From an uncultured Chthoniobacter sp. (GTDB lineage Bacteria; Verrucomicrobiota; Verrucomicrobiia; Chthoniobacterales; Terrimicrobiaceae), in NCBI GenBank assembly GCA_964427235.1, contig CAYRTN010000001.1, positions 1-43,086 on the forward strand: DNA of 43,086 nt, read 5' to 3'. A program made the position numbers and the translations under genes. How positions within the stretch are numbered: position 1 is the first letter of the stretch; every line of letters starts with the position of its first letter. This document shows positions 32,027 through 39,881 of the stretch, in pieces. The notes under the pieces are model-generated. The model was not told the DNA's origin, made no database searches, and saw only the letters and a program-made list of their open reading frames with translations.

Positions 32027-32071
32027 TAAAAAAGACCCCTCGATTTGAGCATATTCAGAGGCTTGAGGGGT
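32027..32071 (-). terminator. rho-independent terminator separating the late operon from the DUF2829 gene
   Basis: On the minus strand, ACCCCTC...GAGGGGT stem followed by C and a T6 run (plus-strand A-run at 32028..32033). Confidence 0.7.
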
Positions 32072-32086
32072 TCTTAATTTATTCTA

Positions 32087-32824
32087 TCATGCTTTATTGA
32101 GGTTACGCAATACATTTGTTATTGCGATTTCAATATCACCATTACGAGAATGACGTTCATTGTTATCACATTTATCACGCAAGCGGTTATTCTCAATGGT
32201 TAAAGCAAGTTCGCGAGTCTGCGCTGATTGCTTTAAATCCAATTCACGAATACTAGCAGATTGTGTCAATAGCGATTTTTGAGTTTCACAACAACATTCT
32301 GCTATTTGACGTGCTAACTCACTGGTATTTTTACAAGCGTCAAGTTTTACATCACCAAAGCCACGGATTAATTCCTCGCGTGTTTTTGCTTCTGATTTTT
32401 CATTCTCTAAAGATAAATGAGCAATTTGTTTGCTTAAATCATTATTCACTTGCAATAACTGATAACGATTTTGTGCAACTTCTTGACGTACATCACTAAA
32501 CCCAGTTGACGTAAAGAATTTATTGTCACCAATTTCTTTAGATAAATCATGCTGTGTATTTAACACGTCACGAGATACATTGGTAACGTCGTGTGCAAGT
32601 CTTGATTGTCCATCGGTAATTAATGCCCCAATAGAATCAAGATTTGTGCGGACATCGTTTTCACTATCATAGATAGATTTTACGATTTCACGTTGTCCAG
32701 CGAGTAAGTCATTATTATTATCTTGATTATTATATCCATGTCCATTGTTTAAATGGCACGGTGCGTCCGATTGTATCGTTAGCATGATTTTTATGTCCAA
32801 GCCTCGTGATTGAGGCATTACCAT
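32087..32824 (-). CDS. coiled-coil protein with Cys cluster (245 aa), unknown function
   Basis: Long heptad-like Gln/Asn/Asp/Leu-rich region. Unusual IAECCCETQKS cluster plus two further Cys residues (DACKN, DKCDN). Confidence 0.65.
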   Translation of the reverse strand: MVMPQSRGLDIKIMLTIQSDAPCHLNNGHGYNNQDNNNDLLAGQREIVKSIYDSENDVRTNLDSIGALITDGQSRLAHDVTNVSRDVLNTQHDLSKEIGDNKFFTSTGFSDVRQEVAQNRYQLLQVNNDLSKQIAHLSLENEKSEAKTREELIRGFGDVKLDACKNTSELARQIAECCCETQKSLLTQSASIRELDLKQSAQTRELALTIENNRLRDKCDNNERHSRNGDIEIAITNVLRNLNKA

Positions 32825-32857
32825 TGTACTCTCATTTTAGGTATTTAGATATGTTAT

Positions 32858-33064
32858 TTACTCGTTCTCTCGTATTAATTTTCTTAAATTTTTACATTCT
32901 TCTCTTGTTAAAAATAATGTGATTTCTTTTGTGTGTGGTGATATTTGATTAATATAAATATTACCGCCAATGTCAAGTTTAATACCGCCTGCCTTTGAGC
33001 CTGTATTAACGTTCTCATTGTTTTCACGTTCAATGTATATAAATTCACCAGATTGTAATTTCAT
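32858..33064 (-). CDS. hypothetical small protein (68 aa)
   Basis: ATGA-coupled to the holin-like gene. No TM segment. Confidence 0.6.
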   Translation of the reverse strand: MKLQSGEFIYIERENNENVNTGSKAGGIKLDIGGNIYINQISPHTKEITLFLTREECKNLRKLIRENE

Positions 33065-33312
33065 TTCTTGATCCTGCGAATGATTCTATCTTTAATGGCA
33101 AACATGACATCTTTCATAAAATCATCGAGAAAGAACCGTAAAGGCGTATTGCCTACGAAACCCAATACGATACATACAAATGTGGTTATAAACACACTAC
33201 TGCCATTTAGTTCAAATAGCTTTTTTGTTGCATCAACTAATAAAACACTAACTATGATATAAGCGACTAATTGCCTTAAATTCCATTTATCATAATCAAG
33301 GAATATACGCAT
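33061..33312 (-). CDS. holin-like membrane protein (83 aa from ATG 33312)
   Basis: MRIFLDYDKWNLRQLVAYIIVSVLLVDA...SSVFITTFVCIVLGFVG has two TM segments and a basic C-terminus. The track start at 33489 is a TTG inside the endolysin gene. Confidence 0.55.
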   Translation of the reverse strand: MRIFLDYDKWNLRQLVAYIIVSVLLVDATKKLFELNGSSVFITTFVCIVLGFVGNTPLRFFLDDFMKDVMFAIKDRIIRRIKK

Positions 33313-33412
33313 CAAAACGCCCGTATAGAAATAATAATGCGTTTGGACATATTCAAAAACAACAACAATAAATTCATAAAGTGTGGGGGGTATAGGGTGT
33401 TCATTCAAAACA

Positions 33413-33793
33413 TCAATCTTTCTTATGTGGCAACTGAAAATGCACGCCGTCTTTAAAGGTTTTCCAATCACCGCCCCATTCAATGGCAATGCCTAATTCT
33501 TTACTCGCTTGCTTCATAGCCTTTGCAATGGTTTCATAATGTTTCCAGTCCCAATTAACCACGCCATCAATTAAAGCCCCCAAATCGACTGCATCGCCTG
33601 TAATATGCCTACTATTCATAGTTTGAGATTTACCAGCCTTAACAAGCATTGATTGACGTTCTAGAGTACGCAAGCCCTCGAGGACTCTAAAATCTATTGG
33701 TGATATTTCCAAAGCACGCTTAACAACATTGATTAATTTAATGTCAACACCAACGAGTTTATTTAATGATTTTTGCGATAATTTAAATGTCAT
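33413..33793 (-). CDS. endolysin, L-alanyl-D-glutamate peptidase (M15 / LAS family)
   Basis: SRHITGDAVDL (H-x6-D) and WGGDW...DGVHFQL zinc-ligand pattern, as in T5-type endolysins. Confidence 0.85.
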   Translation of the reverse strand: MTFKLSQKSLNKLVGVDIKLINVVKRALEISPIDFRVLEGLRTLERQSMLVKAGKSQTMNSRHITGDAVDLGALIDGVVNWDWKHYETIAKAMKQASKELGIAIEWGGDWKTFKDGVHFQLPHKKD

Positions 33794-34017
33794 TTCCCTG
33801 CCTCATAAATTTCTGTTAATGTTACTGCGCGATTGCATTCACTGCAAAAGCAACAAAAATTACTACCTATTTTCCAAGTTCTATTGCCGCATGAGCCACA
33901 TAAAAAAACCTTAATATCGTTATCATCGTTTGCGTTAACCCGCAAAGCACGTTGTGTTTGTTTCACCTTAACAACGGACTCATGAAATATACCATAATCG
34001 ATATTGGTTTTCATCAT
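33790..34017 (-). CDS. zinc-ribbon small protein (75 aa)
   Basis: CGSCGN...CCFCSECN. ATGA-coupled on both sides within the lysis cassette. Confidence 0.6.
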   Translation of the reverse strand: MMKTNIDYGIFHESVVKVKQTQRALRVNANDDNDIKVFLCGSCGNRTWKIGSNFCCFCSECNRAVTLTEIYEAGK

Positions 34018-34187
34018 TTCTGCTTCGCTTTCTCATTAACAAATGCCAAGAACTCAATAATAGCATATAATTTGCGTATTATGCCATCATCGTTGGGGGT
34101 GTTCGTACTTGCGGTAATTACCGACGCAATCGTTATGATTGATGTACCGACTGTAATAATGGTATCGAGATTTAGATATTCTAGCAT
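34014..34187 (-). CDS. single-TM small protein (57 aa, below track threshold), holin/antiholin candidate
   Basis: ATG 34187 with AAGGA at 6-nt spacing. MLEYLNLDTIITVGTSIITIASVITASTNTPNDDGIIRKLYAIIEFLAFVNEKAKQK. Confidence 0.65.
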   Translation of the reverse strand: MLEYLNLDTIITVGTSIITIASVITASTNTPNDDGIIRKLYAIIEFLAFVNEKAKQK

Positions 34188-34196
34188 GATGTTTCC

Positions 34197-35237
34197 TTAT
34201 GTTATTGACAGCAATGCATTCTTCCATACCGAAGCAAGTAAAGCATGCCCAGCTTGTGTTAAATGCACAGTATCCGTATAATAAGTTGTGTCGCTTACAT
34301 TGCCAGTTGTTACATTAAATTGCGGTATATCGTCTTCAAAGTCAGCAATAACATCAATTCCAATACTTGCATAACTTGCCCTAACAATAGTGTTAAATTC
34401 GCTTATCCTTGTATTTAGAGGCGTTCCGACTCCTCTTTTTATTGTAGTGCAGAAAATAATCTTTGCGTCTGGAAAATCAGCAGTTATCGCATTTAATCTT
34501 GTCGTTACTCTTGTCCATAAATTAGATGCTGTCACGGTAGCATCATAAGCCAAGTCATTCGTCCCTAGCCATATACTTATAATGTTATTTGCCCCACCTC
34601 CATTTAATGGTAAAGTTTTTACTCTTTGGTTATACGCTAATGACAATCTAAGAGGGTATGTGTCTTGACTTTCACCTGTATCTACTGCGTTATCAAAGTT
34701 AGAACCACCTAGTGCTATATTCATAAGTTTATAATTTTTTGACACAAGCTCTCTATCGTCTGTGCCTGATATTTCTACTAAAGTTTCCCCACTAATTGAA
34801 TTTATCGCCTGTGCAGCATAGATTAATTCTTTATTAGCACTTGGTAATCCTAAAGCGTCGGTTATACTATCCCCAATAAGAATTATTGTTTTAAATTTTG
34901 CAAGAGGCTGAAATTGTTCAAGCGTGCTTCCTAGGGCAAAACCAGTTGGGGCTGTTGATACAACACTTGCTAATTCAGAAGCTGTTAAATAACTTGATAT
35001 CGCACTGTAAAATACGTCTGGAACACGAATATAAGTGATTGAACCTGTAGCAACACCAATTTGTGCAAGGTATTGCGTATAATTTGCTGGTAAATTTAAT
35101 TGAGTAGCGATATACCGCAAGCATAAAGTTTCTTTTGTCACTTCCGCAGTGTCACCATTATTTAAAATAGAAACACCACCATAAGCACTTCTTAAATTTG
35201 TATCCGCAATAAAATATTTATATGTTTCGGTTGCCAT
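34197..35237 (-). CDS. tail protein with SGNH/GDSL esterase domain (346 aa)
   Basis: Block I IILIGDSITD, block II ALGGSNF, block III WLGTNDL, block V DTVHLTQAGH. Confidence 0.8.
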   Translation of the reverse strand: MATETYKYFIADTNLRSAYGGVSILNNGDTAEVTKETLCLRYIATQLNLPANYTQYLAQIGVATGSITYIRVPDVFYSAISSYLTASELASVVSTAPTGFALGSTLEQFQPLAKFKTIILIGDSITDALGLPSANKELIYAAQAINSISGETLVEISGTDDRELVSKNYKLMNIALGGSNFDNAVDTGESQDTYPLRLSLAYNQRVKTLPLNGGGANNIISIWLGTNDLAYDATVTASNLWTRVTTRLNAITADFPDAKIIFCTTIKRGVGTPLNTRISEFNTIVRASYASIGIDVIADFEDDIPQFNVTTGNVSDTTYYTDTVHLTQAGHALLASVWKNALLSIT

Positions 35238-36025
35238 TATGGTTTAATTCCCACTAAATAAGATGATATTGACGAACGAATCCCTGCACTTGGAACACCA
35301 TTATAAAATATCATTTGCTGTGTTTCACCATCTAATGATTGCGTTCCTGTGCCTACTAAAGTATTACCAATAACAAAACCAATAGGGTTACTTGCTGGAA
35401 ATGTTGTATTATGTGCAGGGGTTGCTGTGCTTGTTAATGTTTGTAATGTGCCATTTAACCAACAACTCATTACGGCAGTACCGCCTGATATATTGACTTG
35501 AACCTCAACCGTGTACCACGCCCCCAATGTCAAAGCAGGTGATAACCCTAAAGATGTTTGCGTCCCACCATCATTTGCATTTATTCTAACACGCACCAAT
35601 CTTGAACCTGTAACGTCAAGTTCTCCCCTTAATGCGTTCGTTCCGCTAGCACCACCAATAGATAAAACCCTAAGTGTTGCTGTTGTAGGTTTTAAATTAA
35701 ATGCACAATACCAGCCACTCGTTGCATTACAAATTCCAGTTCTATCAATTAATTCCATTTTTCTTGTGGTTAATTGATTAAAATCAATTCCATTTGTTTT
35801 TATTAATGGTTGCCTTACCTTATTCGCTTGGTCTAAACTTTTATATACATTTCCTGTTATTGCTTCATAGACATAAGCCATTGTATCATCACCAAGCGTA
35901 TCAACTAAATTATTCGTCTGTGTGCTTCGGAAATCCCACCAATAAGTATTGCTATCATAATCAAAAGGCGGAGGCGTAGTTCCCCCACTTGAGCCACGAC
36001 CATAATAATATATAAAACTGCTCAT
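35237..36025 (-). CDS. LamG/concanavalin-like tail fibre / receptor-binding candidate (262 aa)
   Basis: ...GAWYTVEVQVNISGGTAVMSCWLNGTLQ... is a LamG-type pattern. Lies between the ejection proteins and the esterase. Confidence 0.5.
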   Translation of the reverse strand: MSSFIYYYGRGSSGGTTPPPFDYDSNTYWWDFRSTQTNNLVDTLGDDTMAYVYEAITGNVYKSLDQANKVRQPLIKTNGIDFNQLTTRKMELIDRTGICNATSGWYCAFNLKPTTATLRVLSIGGASGTNALRGELDVTGSRLVRVRINANDGGTQTSLGLSPALTLGAWYTVEVQVNISGGTAVMSCWLNGTLQTLTSTATPAHNTTFPASNPIGFVIGNTLVGTGTQSLDGETQQMIFYNGVPSAGIRSSISSYLVGIKP

Positions 36026-38511
36026 TATGATACTTTCTTTTGTAAAATTCTGTAAACTTCTGCTATTGTACGCGGTTTTTGTTCATTGTAAAATATTTCT
36101 TTGTTATAGCGTGCTTCTTTCGGGAATATATTTTTAGCAATGCCATTAGGGTTTTTTTCTAGTATCTTAATAAACTTAACACCTTGTCCAGCACCCATAA
36201 AATGAAGTGCATACGCTTCGGTATCATTGACATTGCGTCCTAATTGAGTATTAGCAATGCGTTTATTATCATTGGTTAATGCCAAAGCCATAGCAGTTTG
36301 TGCTTCACGGTCATTTCTATCATTTATAGAAACATTATATTGCTTGCCAAATTTATTAACAGCACGTTTCCAAGTATCGTCTGTAAAACCAAAAAGCCCT
36401 TGTGCTGTTGAACCTTGAACACTTGATTTTGCGTTAATATTGCCAGACGATTCAGCATTGCTAAATTTATCCATAAGGGGGGATTCATTACTTGCCTGTG
36501 GTTTATTCTGTAAACGGCGTTGTCTGATTTCATTAATTAAATCAATGTTATTACTTGTGGGTTTTGATGTTTGTCTTCTTGCTCTAATTTCTTTGATTAA
36601 ATCAACCTTGTTTTGTTGTTGTGCGTCTTGTTTATTAGTCATCGCATTCATAGCCTGCCCAGTCATGCGTGATGATTGCGAGGCTATAGTGTCAGCGTTA
36701 TTGGATATTCCATTTAATGATTTATTAAGAAATCCATCACCTGATAAATGCTTTGCAACGTTACTGGGTGATTTATTAATGCTTTGTCCTAAGCGGTTTA
36801 AAGCACCACCGCCTGTTACAGTTAATAATGTTTTAGGACTAAATACGCTAGCCCCTGCAACACCTGCCGTAGCAGATTTTGCAAAAGTATCAGAGCCACC
36901 AGCCTTAGGTAAAAATTGTTTTCCTATACGTGCTAAATCAACAAGTGCATCTTTCCCCACGTTTTGCTTTGACGCTGTTATATATTTACTTGAAGCAACA
37001 CGATTTAATAAATCAGTAGGGTTTATTTCGCCAGTAGTTGATTTTTCTAGTAACGGCTGTATTGTTTTAAAATTCTTGTATTCTTGATTAGCTTCTTGTA
37101 ATAATTTTTGTTTGTTTTTAGGTAAGCTTTTATTTAAAATATCGTGAACAAAATCAGCCGTTTCTGCGATGGTGTTTTTTGCATCTCCTTGTGATTTTGA
37201 TGCTATATCTAATAAATCACGACGCAATCCATTTATCTTTATGGCGGATACCGCTTTAAAATCGACACCGTCTAACCCTTGATTAAAATCATCAATAACA
37301 GATTTTAGTACATTATCAATTTTTTTAAACTGCAATGGTGATACATTATCTTTTACATAATTTACTTGTTGCTGTAGTTGACTAACATCATCTTGAAAAA
37401 CATTTATTTTAGTATTTTTCAAAACTTTATCATATTTTGCACTGTTTAATTGCGAAAATTTGTTAATTGATTCGGGGGTTGTATCTGTTATTCCATTGCC
37501 GAGTGTTTTAGCAAGTGCCGTGTTCCATTGTGTTTTTTGTGTTGCTTCTTGTGCATCAACACCGCTAAACGGTATGTCTTGGCTTATTTTTTGAACCGTT
37601 TTTCTAAATCTAGTAGGTTTTATTTGGTCAACCCTTAATTTAATTCCGAACTCTTTTGCACGTTTTGCAAGGGGTATAATATCATCGGCAACCTTAGATG
37701 TAAGAACACTTGCACCCTTGCCTAAACCACCCAAAGTAGTACCCACCGCCGTATCAATCGCTTTTCTTTCTGCAAAAGATGATAAATCACCACTGTTTTT
37801 ATCTGTAGTCACATAAGGCGTTAATCCTGCACCTATAGCGGACGATTTAACAAGGTTTCCTGCCCCTGCAATTTTTGACTTAATACCGCTTTTCAATACT
37901 TGCTTCACGCCTTGTTTTGCACCACCAATAAGTCCAGCACCAGTAACAATGCCAGCACCACCACGCAATAAAGCAGGCGTTAAACCTGTACCATAATTCT
38001 TTTGAAAATCTGTTTCTTGTCCTTGTGCTACCTTGTCAAATTTACCAGTATAATCTAATTTATTTTCTAAATCAGGATTATATCCTACCTTGCTTGCTAA
38101 ATAATCCGCACCTTTGCCTAGTGCTTTCAATCCATAAGCCCCTAATTGAGGAGCACTAGTAGCCATATCAGACATAGCCATGTCAACATACCCTAATGGA
38201 TTATAAGGGCTGTAATCACGATAAGGAGAGGATTCCCCTTGTGTTGCCCCGCTTGTTTTAAAGTTTTCAAGTTCTTTTTTTTGTGCGTCGGTAAAATCTT
38301 GTAATTGATATTCTTTACCATTCATAACAGCAGTGTTGCCTTGAATGGGCTGTGCTTGCAATGGTTTTTCTTGTTGCATCGGTTGCGGTTGTTGCTCAAT
38401 ATTACCGCCTTGCATTTCTTTAATCTTTTTAGCTAAGAATATAGATGCTTGCGTGTCACCTGCTTTGTGCGAGCCAATTAATGCGTTTTTAAGCTGTTCT
38501 ATTGTTGCCAT
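36025..38511 (-). CDS. internal virion / ejection protein with C-terminal SLT lytic transglycosylase domain (828 aa)
   Basis: NAESSGNINAKSSVQGSTAQGLFGFTDDTWKRAV... is the catalytic-Glu SLT signature, at roughly 36100..36540. Confidence 0.8.
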   Translation of the reverse strand: MATIEQLKNALIGSHKAGDTQASIFLAKKIKEMQGGNIEQQPQPMQQEKPLQAQPIQGNTAVMNGKEYQLQDFTDAQKKELENFKTSGATQGESSPYRDYSPYNPLGYVDMAMSDMATSAPQLGAYGLKALGKGADYLASKVGYNPDLENKLDYTGKFDKVAQGQETDFQKNYGTGLTPALLRGGAGIVTGAGLIGGAKQGVKQVLKSGIKSKIAGAGNLVKSSAIGAGLTPYVTTDKNSGDLSSFAERKAIDTAVGTTLGGLGKGASVLTSKVADDIIPLAKRAKEFGIKLRVDQIKPTRFRKTVQKISQDIPFSGVDAQEATQKTQWNTALAKTLGNGITDTTPESINKFSQLNSAKYDKVLKNTKINVFQDDVSQLQQQVNYVKDNVSPLQFKKIDNVLKSVIDDFNQGLDGVDFKAVSAIKINGLRRDLLDIASKSQGDAKNTIAETADFVHDILNKSLPKNKQKLLQEANQEYKNFKTIQPLLEKSTTGEINPTDLLNRVASSKYITASKQNVGKDALVDLARIGKQFLPKAGGSDTFAKSATAGVAGASVFSPKTLLTVTGGGALNRLGQSINKSPSNVAKHLSGDGFLNKSLNGISNNADTIASQSSRMTGQAMNAMTNKQDAQQQNKVDLIKEIRARRQTSKPTSNNIDLINEIRQRRLQNKPQASNESPLMDKFSNAESSGNINAKSSVQGSTAQGLFGFTDDTWKRAVNKFGKQYNVSINDRNDREAQTAMALALTNDNKRIANTQLGRNVNDTEAYALHFMGAGQGVKFIKILEKNPNGIAKNIFPKEARYNKEIFYNEQKPRTIAEVYRILQKKVS

Positions 38512-39881
38512 TACATATTACCGTATTTATTTACAAGGTCATCTACATTAAAGTCTTGATTGCTTTGTTGTGGTTGTTGCGTGGTTTGTGGCTTGTAAGC
38601 GTCAGGGCTTTTGTTACTTTGTTTAAGTATGTCATCTAAAGATTTTTCCTGTTCTAAAATAAGGTCATCGTTTATCTTTATAAGATAAGCTAATCTTTCT
38701 TTGACAAGTTCAGTATCATTTAAATTGTTTAATATCGCTTTTCCTGCACGGTCAGCATCATCTTTTGCTTGCACGCCTTTTTGTAATAATAATTTATTAT
38801 TTGTTAATTCTGCGACATAAGATACTAAATTATTATATTCACGTGATTCAGGTGTTGAATTACCGAGTTTATTAGCGATTTCAGATGTCATATTTTTAAA
38901 CATTCCTAAATTTAAAGTTCCGTCTTTAATTTTATCATGCAAATCAATACCCTTAACAACTAATTGAGTTGTAGTATTAATGCCGTCTTTGGTTTCTTTG
39001 ATTAATTTTATCACGGGGGCAGGCAATGGGGCATTTTGGCTTACTTTTAATTCAGTATCAATCTTTCCTTTATTTTCAATATCTTGTTTAGCTTGTTCAT
39101 TTTTCATTCCCTGCCCTGCAAAGGCATTATCTTTACCGCTTTGTGTGCCGTAACCAGTGCTGAATGCCTTATCTTGAACCGATGGAACATAACCCTCTAT
39201 ATTGCCAATAGTGCCGTTTGCGTCTTTAAATTCTTGCCCCTTATCAAATATTTTAGCAGACAAAGCGATTGCGTTTGCTGTTGGTAAATCACCTGCATCA
39301 AGTGCTTTTCTTATAGCATTAGATACTTGTAGGGGTGCAGGAGAACCACCATAAGAACGTGCATCTCTAGCCTGTTGTAATGTCGTATTTCTGATTTCAA
39401 TCAGTCTATCCTCTGCTTCAGGACTATATTCTTGGGGGTCTGTTTCATCATGAATCCCTGCTTGTGTCGCATTTCTTTTGAATTGCTCATAGTAAATCTG
39501 TTTTTGCATAGGGTCATCGGTTGATTCTAGCTTATTAGCAATGTCTGTAATTAGTTGTGATTCTAATTTTTGCTTATTAACACCTTGAGTAATTTCATTC
39601 GATTTTAAAGTGCTTTGCGTGTTTAAATTGTTGTTATACCCTGCCGTAGCGTTAGGGCTAACACGACTAATTAAACCTGCTTCATACTGATTTAAATCAC
39701 GCCCCTCTGATTGTGCTTGCCGTATCATGTCCTCTACTTTGGAACGTGCAATAGCATCTCTTGACTGATTAAGCATTTCTAAACCGCCTAAATCAGCATA
39801 TTTACTGTCTAATACTGGATTGAAACCGCCTGCTTGTATGGGTTGTAAATTAGCCATGAAATTATTTAAAATACCACTCAT
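38511..39881 (-). CDS. internal virion / ejection protein (456 aa from ATG 39881)
   Basis: ATG 39881 in a TAATG junction (the track start at 39890 is a TTG). Position equivalent to the P22 gp7/gp20/gp16 group. Confidence 0.6.
   Translation of the reverse strand: MSGILNNFMANLQPIQAGGFNPVLDSKYADLGGLEMLNQSRDAIARSKVEDMIRQAQSEGRDLNQYEAGLISRVSPNATAGYNNNLNTQSTLKSNEITQGVNKQKLESQLITDIANKLESTDDPMQKQIYYEQFKRNATQAGIHDETDPQEYSPEAEDRLIEIRNTTLQQARDARSYGGSPAPLQVSNAIRKALDAGDLPTANAIALSAKIFDKGQEFKDANGTIGNIEGYVPSVQDKAFSTGYGTQSGKDNAFAGQGMKNEQAKQDIENKGKIDTELKVSQNAPLPAPVIKLIKETKDGINTTTQLVVKGIDLHDKIKDGTLNLGMFKNMTSEIANKLGNSTPESREYNNLVSYVAELTNNKLLLQKGVQAKDDADRAGKAILNNLNDTELVKERLAYLIKINDDLILEQEKSLDDILKQSNKSPDAYKPQTTQQPQQSNQDFNVDDLVNKYGNM

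Noticed and set aside
33313-33489. Longer form of the holin-like ORF starting at TTG 33489
   Set aside because: It would overlap the endolysin gene by 77 nt and starts on a TTG without an RBS. ATG 33312 yields a typical two-TM holin-sized protein. A third N-terminal TM segment cannot be fully excluded.
36440-37087. 215-aa antisense ORF inside the SLT ejection-protein gene
   Set aside because: It is fully embedded antisense to a well-supported gene, Cys/Leu-rich and implausible in composition, with no RBS. The same reasoning rejects the other plus-strand track ORFs antisense to minus-strand genes: 1135..1518, 2598..2798, 3659..3863, 5453..5668, 5780..5983, 6792..7276, 8087..8489, 9336..9632, 10168..10353, 12492..12815, 14397..14835, 15209..15403, 16035..16271, 32263..32499, 33068..33262, 33729..34281, 35511..35979, 38345..38551, 39084..39287 and 39975..40208.
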